In this document: positions 40,387 to 51,958 of the stretch, piece by piece
Position numbering within the stretch: the first letter of the stretch is position 1
How the letters are laid out: each line of letters begins with the position of its first letter
NCBI RefSeq assembly: GCF_006345805.1
Contig: NC_043001.1
Location: 109,926,001-109,990,000 of the forward strand
Origin: Octopus sinensis
Taxonomy: Eukaryota
Length of the DNA: 64,000 bases
Reading direction: 5' to 3'
Translations under genes and position numbers: made by a program
The notes under the pieces: generated by a model
Databases searched by the model: none
What the model saw: only the letters and a program-made list of their open reading frames with translations
What the model was told of the DNA's origin: nothing

Positions 40387-40565
40387 TATATATATAAATA
40401 TATAAATGTGTCTGGGGAGAGTCATTCTCTTTTAGTGCCTTATAATTTAACACACTCACCGGTAACACTTCTACGCATTTCCTTTATTTTTCTAAAATTT
40501 TCGTTGCGTCTTGCATCCTTTTCAATATTGAAAAGGTTGCAAGACACAACGAAAATTTTAGAAAA
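40385..40565. mobile_element. Short repeat ending in a fold-back with a hammerhead-like core
   Basis: Palindrome 40487-40565 centred on CAAT|ATTG; TTGAAAA-G-GTTG(CAAGACA)CAAC-GAAA-ATTTTA on the + strand. Confidence 0.5.
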
Positions 40566-40619
40566 TGTGAAATGAGGCATCATTGCTCATAGCAATCCCT
40601 AGATCCCGCCCGCCCTGAG

Positions 40620-42360
40620 GGTTATTTTGGAATTGCACAACGTAGCTGGTAGCAGAGCGCTTGGAATTTGCCTGCATTTCTTTGCATACTGTTTTCCTCA
40701 GCCCATTTATATATGGTATCTAGGTCTTTCTGTTGAAGATTAGCATCAGAAGGTTCCATGAGTGTTTGTAACACCTTTGTGTCATCGGCATAACTAGTAA
40801 GTGTAGCTGTCTGTGTAATTGACAGCATGTCTGATGGAGCCACCATGACCAGCAGCGTCTCCAATACAGTTACCTGAGACACCGTAGTTTCTTTTAGAAA
40901 GCCGTTCAACCGTTCTCCAAGTTTCCCCGTTAAGTCGAGTTTTCGAAGCTTGCGACATTTCATTCCTTGATCAACCTTACCAAAAGCCTTTGCAAAGTCG
41001 AGACGTATCACATCCACGAGCGATTCATTAATTGTTTCAACATCGAGTCATAGTGTTGTAAAAGCTGTGTAAAGCAGCTTCTTCTTGGGCGAAAGGCAAG
41101 CTGACTATCAAGAAGCAAGTCAATATCTTCAAGAAATGCAATTAGTTTCTTCCTGGCAATACGATCCATGACTTGTCTAACGTCGGAGTTTAGAGAGACA
41201 AGTCTATAATTCCCAGTATCTGCTCTACTACCTCTCTTGCAGATAGGACAATATATTCCTTATATTAACGTTTTGGGAAAGTTTCCCAGTTGTGAGGAAG
41301 CTCTGAAATATCTGAAATGGTACTTCTTGAGCTCCATTGCGTTTCTTTAAGGGGATTGCTTGTGAATCCACATGAGTTTCACCTCATTTCATTAATGGCC
41401 GATATCACATCAGTTTCCTCTGTTTTAATGCTATAATTAATTGCCATTTCGTTGTGTAGAGCTGTGGAGCCGAAGAACTGGTTGGGCATAGCTACTTGCA
41501 GGTACCCCAACGGAGTGGTGAAAGAACTCTTGTACTGCGCATTCAGTATTTCACTGATCGTATGGGGGTCTGCAGTCGGCGAGCCATTTTCTTCGAACAG
41601 TGGCCCTGTTTTGTACCGTACTGAAGCAGACTCTTTTGCATATCTATAGAAGGCTTTAGGGTTTGTATTAATATTTTTGACAGCCCTGGCTTCTTTCTCT
41701 CCCCCATCTCTCTTATGAGAGTGTTTGAGTTCATTTTTGATCTCGAGTGATGTTTGTTTGAGATAGGATCGTTTGTTATCTTCTAGTGGCCTATTTATAC
41801 GATTCGAGATTTTTGTTTGTCGTCTCATTAGAATCCCCATATCCCTGAGTATTGTATCTTTCTTATTTCTTTATTGCCCACAAGGGGCTAAACATAGAGG
41901 GGACAAACAAGGACAGACAAGGGGATTAAGTCGATTACATCGACCCAGTGCGTAACTGGTACTTAATTTATCGACCCCGAAAGGATGAAAGGAAAAGTTG
42001 ACCTCGGCGGAATTTGAACTCAGGGCATAAAGGCAGACGAAAAACTGCTAAGCATTTCGCCCGGCGTGCTAACGTTTCTGTCGGCTCGCCGCCTTATGGG
42101 TATTGTATCTTTCTGTTTGCTTGGCGTTCTCTCTGGAGCAACCTTACTGCTTTTGTCAGGCATGATTGCCATAAAGGGATACACCTTTATGCTAATATCT
42201 TGCGTAGAGAGACTGGGGGCCCAGTTTTGTTCGATGAACTCTTTTTCTATACCCTTCCATTCAGTTTTGTGAATGTTCAGGATGGAGGGGGTTTGGGTGC
42301 TTCTAGTAGCCTGAATGCCTGCAATCTTCTGTGGATCACACATAGTTGGTTCTATTAAGT
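40620..42360 (-). pseudogene. Decayed CR1/L2/Jockey-type LINE ORF2 (RT region and upstream linker)
   Basis: ORF 40622-41017: DVIRLDFAKAFGKVD...YADDTKV...LQQKDLDTIYKWAEENSMQRNAGKFQAL. ORF 41379-41840: IKNINTNPKAFYRYAK...ISEILNAQYKSSFT. Frameshifted. Confidence 0.9.
41864..42095 (-). mobile_element. Family B SINE inserted in the LINE, with TSD
   Basis: GTATTGTATCTTTCT at 41849-41863 and 42100-42114. Confidence 0.9.
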
Positions 42361-42960
42361 TATATGAGTCTGTGTGCGTGACTGTACGCGCATATGTCTG
42401 TGTGCGTGTGTGAGTCTGTGTGTGACTGTGTGCACGTGTAAGTGTATACATTGCTTGAAGTGCTCAGATTTTATATACCAAGGAAAAAGAAGCTAGTTAG
42501 AATTTGGATAAAAAATGGCGTATCTAACGCATTCACCATTTTAGGGATTCATCATAAAGAAAGACATGAAAGCGCTGCATAAATAATTTTTTTAACCAAA
42601 TCGTGACGATCTGCCTTTTCCTTAATATATATATATATATATAATATATATATATATATTATATATATATATGTATGTGTGTGTGTGTGTGTGTGTGTTA
42701 GAAAAAGTTAAATGAAAGCGCTCACGCACTAGCAAAAACGTCTTCCCAAAAACAGATTAGTAACATCCTGATAAAATATTTCATAGCATTTAAAAAAAAG
42801 CAATCTCGTTTACACTTCAATACTGCATTAAGTAATTCTCATAGACGTTCATATACATATATACATACATACATACATACATACATACATACATACATAC
42901 ATACATACATACATACATACATGCATACATGCATGCATACATACATACATACATACATAT

Positions 42961-42991
<31 letters not shown>

Positions 42992-43106
42992 GATAAATAC
43001 ATTCAGACATACATAAATACATTCATACATACATACATAAATACATTCATACATACATAAACAGTGATGTAGACCGCCTCTGCCGTAAGCTTAACATTAA
43101 TCTAAA

Positions 43107-43436
43107 ATGTCTTTTAATCGAAATGCATCATTTGACCAAGTTTGCATACATGAAGCTGATGACATCATACGACTTGGAAGACAGCTCCTTGAGCAACACT
43201 CTTTTTCTGATAATCTAGAATACATGTCCAAAGAAGTCGCACAATTCTACCGCAACAAATCATCAGATGGAAGGATGAGCGGAAGACTATGCATGGATAT
43301 GTTAATAGAAAGCTCCGTGATTATAGTAACATCGATCATCAAATCAGTTTATCATAGACGAATAGACGGATTATTACCTACTTTGAAGGTTATGCATTTG
43401 CAATCCAGGAACAGGAAATATCAACCAAGTACCTGA
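43107..43436 (+). CDS. Candidate coding ORF/exon of unknown product (109 aa)
   Basis: Non-repetitive stop-free frame with ordinary amino-acid composition. No recognised motif; could be a chance ORF. Confidence 0.25.
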   Translation: MSFNRNASFDQVCIHEADDIIRLGRQLLEQHSFSDNLEYMSKEVAQFYRNKSSDGRMSGRLCMDMLIESSVIIVTSIIKSVYHRRIDGLLPTLKVMHLQSRNRKYQPST

Positions 43437-44352
43437 TGAACAAATATTTTTAATTGATAATATTAACAGCGATGAATTTGTCCAGAGAGAGAGAGGGGGG
43501 AAGGGAAAGAGACAGAGAAACAGAGACTGAGAGAAACAGTGAGAGAGACAGAGAGGGGACGGATAAAACGAGTGATTGCTACAAGGAAATCTACTTTACT
43601 ATACCGATACTGGCCTAGATGGGTCCACAAATATTTAGTTGCACATCATGAAACATATAACACAAATACATTTTTTCCAGAAATTTCATTCGTGTATAAA
43701 CGTTCTTAATATTCAAGCTATCTCACTGGTGACTTTTCTAAAGCGATTCTTTAATCTTAAGAAGCCTGCTTCATAAGAAATATTTGCAAGCAACAAGAAT
43801 ATATAATCCGACTATATTTCGATTACATGTATGTGCACGAAAGGCTACATGAAAGAGTTTATGACCGCCTTAATATGTGTTAGTCAGGGACGATAAACAT
43901 TGATTACGAGCATTACAAGCATTACACTCATGGTATCATTCATGCAATAGGAAATATATGTAACGAATTGAGAAACTGAATACAAGAAAACCGTGTTAGA
44001 CGTGGTTATTGAATTCCATATCATTATGATACAAGAGAAGTGATTATTAAGTGTTGCCTACAGGTTGTGAAAGGCTTATGTGTTTCTTCATGCTGCCATT
44101 GTTGCCGTGGTTCTTTGATCCCCGGTTTTGCTCTGAATATGCAGTTCTATGATGCAATTAAATCCAGCAATGGCTTTGTCATATTTTCTTGGACATTGTT
44201 CCAAGAATTACATAATTTGACCTGAATTTCTGTCTTTGAAAGTGGAGCCTTATGATCTGTATTATATTTGGTAATTTCGTTGCTTTTTCATGCAAGTTCA
44301 GTAACATAACACAGATTCTTTTTCTTTCATGCACAGATATACATGTTTGCAC

Positions 44353-44383
<31 letters not shown>

Positions 44384-44552
44384 TGTATGTATGTATGTAT
44401 GTATGTGTGTATACACACTCACATACACACTCATTCGTAACAAATTCAAATGAAGAAAGAATTGAAAGGTAAGTCTGTGAGTGAATAAAACATTTAATTC
44501 ATAATCCTGATTCCCTCAAACGTATTTCATTGGATTAACGATTATAGAAGTT

Positions 44553-44930
44553 TTATTCCATACGTATGTATGCATGTATGTATGGCTCAAAACTGTTTGA
44601 CTCGTATTCGTTGGTACATTTGAGTTTCAAGCGTGATGCTAGCCGTCCGTCATTTTGAAGCTGATTATTATTACCGTAAGGTGGACTGTGTGATTGGTAA
44701 ATGGTGGTCTTGCTCATGGGGTTGGTTGGTTGGTAGCGGTGATCATGGTGCAGGCAGCGCAGAGTAGCAGCTCGTGCAAAGGTGGTATATTTGAGTTGTA
44801 GACAGTCAAAGGCCTGATATTGGCCAGAAGAGCATATCTCTGGTGACAGCAATACGATAAATAGTATTTCTTGCTGACAGATACTGCGGGTTACTGGATG
44901 CTGTTGGAGAATTATTCGTAAACACTGCAT
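44553..44930 (-). CDS. Candidate coding ORF/exon of unknown product (125 aa)
   Basis: Locally GC-richer unique sequence with a long open frame. No recognised motif. Confidence 0.25.
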   Translation of the reverse strand: MQCLRIILQQHPVTRSICQQEILFIVLLSPEICSSGQYQAFDCLQLKYTTFARAATLRCLHHDHRYQPTNPMSKTTIYQSHSPPYGNNNQLQNDGRLASRLKLKCTNEYESNSFEPYIHAYIRME

Positions 44931-45288
44931 TGCGCCATTACTTTGTTATTTATCTCGATCGGTCAATCTACAGGCGCAAATCAGTCAACGTGTTGACTGA
45001 ATTATATATAAAACTACAAGCTTTATTTATTTCGTTCAGAGTTGTCACTCTTAGGCACATCCCATCGACAAGAATCAATAAATTCTAAACATTGATGTCT
45101 GAGATTCTCGAGAGAGGGGGACACTGACCGAACAAGGTGTTTCACATTTTTTCACCATAAGAGTGGTTTTCCCCCACTGTAACTGCAGTGTATTTGTCTT
45201 TAGCAGTTGAAATATGTAACGAACATATTTCAACTAACATAAACTGTGATTATACGTAAACACTGCTTTGCGCCATTACTTCGTCATA

Positions 45289-45814
45289 TCTATATATATA
45301 AAACTGTAGTTGTGTGATTGTCTGTCCCCTTCGATTTAGATTCCTAACTACTCCCACATTTTGCGGTGCAGTTTAACCAAATTCGGGTATCTTATAGTCG
45401 TGATTCATATCGAGCCCGTCGGAGTATTAGCGGTCGTCTACGATGAGTCTACGATTTAAAAAATAATTTAACATTATTTTTTATTCCATTTTAATGCATA
45501 ATTTTTCGTGTGTCGATGGCGGCGGAGTTGGCGTCCATGGTCACACCTGCACCTGTTTGCTTCTCCCCCTTCTTTCCTCCCTCGTGAAGCTGTGGGGAAG
45601 GGAGTGTAAGGAAATCAACGTCGTAAAGCGTTGTCAAGGAGACCAGCGTTCTTTTAGAACAACGACTTCATGGCTTGAAGACACCAAAACAGAAATGGCT
45701 AAGAAAGCCTGAATTGGCATCTATAAAGTAACTCTCTAAAAATAGTAGCTCTATAAAAATGCTTATATAGTTATTTCCCTTACAAACCCGAGCAACGCCG
45801 GGCGAAACTGCTAC
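45289..45814 (+). mobile_element. Non-autonomous Helitron-like element
   Basis: A|TC start, 3' hairpin CCCGAGCAACGCCGGG followed by CTAC (CTAG variant); second copy at 47067-47463. Confidence 0.75.
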
Positions 45815-45852
<38 letters not shown>

Positions 45853-45871
45853 ATATTTATTTTATAGAAGG

Positions 45872-45922
45872 AGCTTCTACAGGAATAGAACTGTTTCATT
45901 CAAATGAAATCATCAGGAAGCT
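45872..45922 (-). ncRNA. Type I hammerhead ribozyme motif (opposite strand)
   Basis: Reverse complement: AGCTTC-CTGATGA-TTTCATTTGAAT-GAAA-CAGTTCTATTCCT-GTA-GAAGCT. Confidence 0.7.
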
Positions 45923-45969
45923 TCCTGATGATTTCATTTGAATGAAACAGCTCTAGTCCTGTAGAAGCT
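45919..45969 (+). ncRNA. Type I hammerhead ribozyme motif
   Basis: AGCTTC-CTGATGA-TTTC(ATTT)GAAT-GAAA-CAG(CTCTAGTC)CT-GTA-GAAGCT. Perfect 6-bp stem I, 4-bp stem III, GUA triplet; stem II is weak (U.U then 3 bp). Confidence 0.7.
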
Positions 45970-46051
45970 CCTTCTATAAAATAAATTAATTTACTCTGCT
46001 ATGTATTGAGTACCTTATTTACTGTGGTTAACCCCGACTCAACCCGGGACC

Positions 46052-46134
<83 letters not shown>

Positions 46135-46141
46135 TATATAC

Positions 46142-46283
<142 letters not shown>

Positions 46284-46835
46284 TACATACGTACGTACAT
46301 AAACATATATGTATGTTAATAAAATCCAAGTTACATATGATACATAGTTACGGGAACCTCAGAAGAATTATCCAAACGACCGGTAGACCGCAAGTTAATA
46401 TTCAGGTGAAGTTGCTAAACGTGAACTATAAAATAACCTTTTTCATCTTATCGCACTTCGATACGGGTAAATATTCACAACCGTCTGAATCAATATTGTT
46501 CCTGAAAGGTGCTTTTAATATCTTCAACGAACTACTTGATGCTCATTAAATTCCTACACCTTGATTCTTAGTTATTAGCTTTGTATATCTGTATCAATGT
46601 CTATGTCTATCTTTGTATACATCTGTCTATCTATGTATCTATCTATCTGTCTGTATGGGGGATATCTTTTTCTACCACAAGCACTCTTTGATGCAAGACA
46701 ACTGGATGCACAATATCCTACCCCGAGTGAACAGATGAAGGATGGGTCGAAAAGATTATAATACTCAATAAAGATTCGTACTAAATCCATCACAAGTTTC
46801 CTACATCAATTACCCACACACACACACATGTATGC

Positions 46836-46872
<37 letters not shown>

Positions 46873-47066
46873 GGTATGTACATATATGTATATATATATA
46901 TGCATATATTTATATGTTATATATATATGTGTACATATATATTTATAGGTACTGTAAATTTAGGGTCAATACTTGATAAGTGTAAGCACCTGTATACGCC
47001 AGATAGTGGCAGAGGTGAGAGAATATATCAAAATCTTTTGTGTTCTGTTTTTAATTTTATTTGGTA

Positions 47067-47463
47067 CTAGCAGTATCGCCGGGCGTTGCTCGGGTATGTA
47101 AGAGAAATAACTATATAAGCATTTTTAGAGATGTAAAGTATAATAGCCATCTCAATATGGCAAACCACAAAGGGGGCGTGTTACTGTAGCTTTTTACTTT
47201 CTAAGATTTAATAATAAATTTTTAGAGAGTTACTTCCCTTATATATGCCAAAAATGCATTAAAAATGGGAAAAATTTATGGTAAATGTTTTTTTTATATC
47301 GTAGACACATCGTAGACGCGCGCTAATACCCAGAAGAGCTCGATATAAATCACGACTATAAGATACCCGGTTTTGGTTAAAGTTCACCGCAAAATGTGGG
47401 AGTAGTTAGGAATCTAAATCGTAGGAGACAGACAGCACACAACCTCACTTTTATATATAAAGA
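47067..47463 (-). mobile_element. Non-autonomous Helitron-like element
   Basis: CTAG-CAGTATCGCCGGGCGTTGCTCGGG at the left end and ...TATATAAAGA|T at the right; reverse complement of the 45289 family with an internal difference. Confidence 0.78.
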
Positions 47464-48755
47464 TTTATATATTTATATATATGTGTGTGTGTCTGTGCGT
47501 GTGTGTGTGTATCTATGTGTGTGTGTATTGAGTACAAGCATGCACATATATGAATACACACACATATACGTGTTTGTATGCATAAATATGTGTCTGTGTA
47601 TATATGATAAAAGGGTAGACAGACAGAGAGATAGATAGATAGATAGATGCATGTGTACAGTTGTATATAATGATATATCTTAAATGTAGAAAAAATACCA
47701 CATATGCTGCAAAAATCTCATTGGTCAAACACCGCGTGATGTCATCGGTGCCCTTTAATTTTTATTATTTTTTTATGGTTCTAATATATTTTTCCGATCC
47801 GCACACGTCCCCTAACACATATACTCACATCGTTGTATGCCCAGGTATATATTTTGTGTTCGTGTTATGGATAATGATATAATGGAATGCGATAAGAAAA
47901 TACCACAAATAATGCACAAACCTCATTGGTTAATTTACGCGTGATGTCATCAATCGCTTATGTTTATCATTCTATATATTTCGATCTATTATGTAGAAGT
48001 ATTTTCCGTTATTACGCACTAAGACACACTTGTATTCATACACATACTCTGAAAGACAAAAGCATAATCACATACACATGTGTATATAGGTGTGTTTGTG
48101 TATCAGTATATAAATCAATTTTGTATGTTTGAGTATATTTTGGTATGTGCATATACGTATGCAATAGCGGCTATACATATTTGATGATAATATTGAAAGC
48201 AACACCGGGGGACATATATCTTCTTGATTACAGTATTTTTCCCCTTTATGTCTGATAATATTTGCCTTTCATTAATTATTCATTCAGTTGTCGACGTTGA
48301 ATATTTATTCTTTCCAACCCCCATTATGAGTCCCTTGTCCGCTCTTTCACCTTTCTCCAATATACTATATTACAACATTGAAACGATTTTTATTGTGTTA
48401 AATATGTATCGTTTTCATTTCATTCTCACACTGTTAGCCATTCCGATACACACACATACACATACAGACACACACACACACCACACAGGTACACAGACAC
48501 ACACCACACACAGACACACACACAGACACACACACACACACAAATACACACACTCACACACTCTCATAAGCATACGTTATATATGTATAAGTATATATAA
48601 GTATACGTATATATGTATATAAATGTATATTAATTACTTACATATATGTATGTATATATGTATACTATGTGTGTGTATATATATGTATATAAATACATAT
48701 ATATATCTACATATATTTAAATATATATATACATACATAAATCCAAATATATACG

Positions 48756-48786
<31 letters not shown>

Positions 48787-48847
48787 GTATATATATATAT
48801 GTATATATATATTTATATATATTTATATGTATTTATATATATATCTA

Positions 48848-48891
<44 letters not shown>

Positions 48892-49396
48892 TAATATAGG
48901 TATGTATATATATATTCATACAAATGTAAAACAATTGTTGAGATCCAAGATTTTTCGCAGCTGTTATATTGTTATATATATATATATATATATATAACCT
49001 CAAACACACACATACACAAACTCATACGTTTCCGTTGGTTTGCCTTTTTCTTTTTCCTTGTTTTTTTTTAATTCTTTTTCCATTTCACCTTTGTTGCAGA
49101 GTCTATTCTCGTTTGTTTAACCCTTTCCACATTTTTTTCTTTCTTATTTTTTAGCTTCTATGATTGTTTAGTTTTTTTATGTAATTGCGTCCTTTTTATC
49201 GCCTGTTATATCATTCCGATGCTAAATCTCCTTTACTGGCATTTTATACCCGTAACCTTTTAAGCTAGGCTTTCGGCGAGGTATCATCTTGTACAACACC
49301 ATTGTAATTCTGTCATCGCTTCGATTATATTCGAGATGGAAAATTCCATCGCCGTATTGTAATCTAGCTTGATGAACTTAGACAATTATTAATAGT

Positions 49397-49444
<48 letters not shown>

Positions 49445-49861
49445 ATAATTATAATATCAGGGTAAGAAAACATTTAGACATTTTTACTACCAGTAACCTA
49501 GCGTGTAGAAAAATTAGTCAATAACATCGGCATTATTTTAATTGCTGCCGATAAAAAAACTGCGCTTGCGTGGTGGATTTGAAAAATTGTAATATTTTTT
49601 TTTATATATATATATATAAGCACGGGATACATGCTGGATTGCCTCGTATTGATATGTTTCATCTAGGCGAACCTGCTGATGAAGACTTCGCCTAGCAAAT
49701 TATTTTATTTGCTAATATAATGTCAGAACCCATGGTCCAGGAGGTAGATGGTAAATGTTTTTAGCTTTCATTCCCTTCGAAATTTATCCTATTGGTTATT
49801 CCTTCTAGCATGCCAGATATCCCATGATGGATAGCGCTAATGTGTTTGAATGTACACTGTA

Positions 49862-49900
<39 letters not shown>

Positions 49901-49914
49901 ATAAATTAATAATA

Positions 49915-50398
49915 AATATTAGGGAATAAATCCAAACTTACAGAGAAAAATCAGATTTAGGATTGAATCCAATTTTATAGTAAAATATTATATTATATTA
50001 AATTAGAGATAAAACCACTATTAGGCAAATCATACAATGAAAAACTTAAGCCAATACATAAGACTATTTAATTTATATTATTTAAATATATAACAAAATT
50101 ATTTAAAAAATATAATTAATATAACACTACGATCGTTTCATGACTGTTAATTTCTTTAAAATTTCGAGTTACAGTCATTCATCAGGTGGTTTAAATATTT
50201 AACTTGATGAATGACTGTAACTCGAAAATTCAAAGAAATTAACAGCCATGAAACGATCGTAGTGTTATGTTAATTATATTTTTTAATAATTTTGTATATA
50301 TTTAAATAATATAAATTAAATAGTCTTATGTATTGGCATAATTTTTACATTGTATGATTTGCCTAATAGTGGTTTTATCTCTAATGTAATATAATATA
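49915..50398. mobile_element. Fold-back element with hammerhead motifs facing the inversion point
   Basis: Left arm 49915-50190 and right arm 50204-50398 are inverted; the flanking body is the same family as 22790-23300. Confidence 0.8.
50125..50188 (-). ncRNA. Type I hammerhead ribozyme motif with long stem II
   Basis: Reverse complement: CAC-CTGATGA-ATGACTGT(23-nt loop)ACAGTCAT-GAAA-CGATC-GTA-GTG. 8-bp stem II, palindromic stem III ACGATCGT, only 3 contiguous bp of stem I. Confidence 0.62.
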
Positions 50399-50428
50399 TA
50401 TATATATATGTATATTAATTATATATAA

Positions 50429-50476
<48 letters not shown>

Positions 50477-50518
50477 TATATACTTATATATACTTATAAT
50501 ATATATATATTATATATA

Positions 50519-50566
<48 letters not shown>

Positions 50567-50616
50567 GTACATATATATATGTACATATATATATATATAT
50601 ATATAGATATATATAT

Positions 50617-50670
<54 letters not shown>

Positions 50671-50673
<3 letters not shown>

Positions 50674-50960
50674 GGTTATACCATCTATAAAACGGTTTCT
50701 TTGTACTATTTTATTTTGCACAATTTTGATAAAGTTCTTTTTTAATCTAAAATATACTCTCCTTCATTTTCTACAATGCTCTTCCGTCTATCTGGTATAC
50801 TTGCAAGGCCCCTCTTCCAAAATTCACTTGTCCTTGGCAAAATATTATCCTGCGCTACTGTTCTTACCTCGTCTATAGAGTTCATATATTTTTTCTCTCC
50901 AATGATTTTGAAGACTGCATCTTAATGTTCATCTGTGGCTCTCACTGCTGATTAGTGCCT
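50671..50960 (-). pseudogene. Mariner transposase C-terminal remnant
   Basis: Minus strand reads ...YMNSIDEVRTV...[29 protein letters not shown], like the mariner C-terminal (GIxxLPxRWxxVVxxxGxY) region. Confidence 0.65.
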
Positions 50961-51796
50961 TTTATTACTTTTATTGACATATACATCTCTGCCTATGGGT
51001 TGTAAAATTGCGATTTAGCCATATTATAAATATGTGTGTGTGTGTATGTTAGGTTGAACATGATAAGCGTGTTTTTCAATACTTACGATGAACTGTGTAT
51101 TGATTCTACATTCAAATCTTTTTTCTTTGCTGATTACTTAATGTCACTATGGTTTCCATTGTAAAAGTGTACCCATTTTAAATGAATTTAGATCAGACCC
51201 ATATTAGAAACTGAAAAGTATATGAACTTAAGACAGTCTCTTAAGCAATGCCAGCGGAAAGAATTATTCAATCTGTCTATGGTAACAAGCCCTTTAGCGT
51301 TTGGACAAATCAGTGATACTTTGCTCTTTATCATCTAACTTCCGCGTCATCTAACCACTTCTCGGTATAATCAAAAAGTTACTCTTGGCTTATCACTGAA
51401 GAGTAGATTAACTGCCTAGAATTATCACTATAGACGAAACTTTTATTCTCCATAAACGACAATTCTAATCACAGAATCCAAAAGGAGAAACCACACTCGT
51501 ACAAGAAAATTGTTCGAAAAATGTTGCACTCTTTGTTTGGTAGGTTATGATGGGTGTCGTCTGACTTTAAAGCAAAGTGAAACAGGTATTTCGGAGAATT
51601 ATTTCGTCAATTGGAAGCATTACAAAATAATTTGCTGGAAAAAAGTGACCATCAGGGTCAGCCGTAAAGTAGTGTTGGTCTTAAATGAAAATGCGGGGCC
51701 TGATATCGCCTCTAGCTAGCTGTGTGACACACGAACCTGTGTCCATTATAACCTTCGAACAGGGGAGGTCAGCCGCATCCTCTTGCTCGTCAGGCA

Positions 51797-51839
51797 TCTG
51801 CATACTAGTTTCAGGGTATTTGCGCCTTATCAATGCAGA
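51797..51839 (-). ncRNA. Type I hammerhead, U3-A8 variant (stem II has one mismatch)
   Basis: Reverse complement: TCTGCA-TTGATAA-GGCG(CAAATA)CCCT-GAAA-CTA-GTA-TGCAGA. Confidence 0.6.
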
Positions 51840-51913
51840 GCAGCGGAACCCAGCAGACAGGTAAATAATCCTTCGAACAGACGGTTAGTAGCGACGCCTG
51901 CTGGGTTCGGCTG

Positions 51914-51958
51914 ATCTGCATCGATAAGGGGCAAATAACCTGAAACTAGTATGCAGAT
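51914..51958 (+). ncRNA. Type I hammerhead, U3-A8 variant (U4 mutated to C)
   Basis: ATCTGCA-TCGATAA-GGGGCAAATAACCT-GAAA-CTA-GTA-TGCAGAT; 7-bp stem I, palindromic ACTAGT stem III. Confidence 0.6.

Larger units (their letters stand above)
45856..46053. mobile_element. Fold-back element carrying a hammerhead on each strand
   Basis: 130-bp near-perfect palindrome 45856-45985 centred on GAAG|CTTC; tail shared with 8654-8816. Confidence 0.85.

Noticed and set aside
49664-49696. CTAGGCGAA-CCTGCTGATGAAGAC-TTCGCCTAG hairpin containing CTGATGA
   Set aside because: A simple 9-bp hairpin with no GAAA/stem III arrangement.
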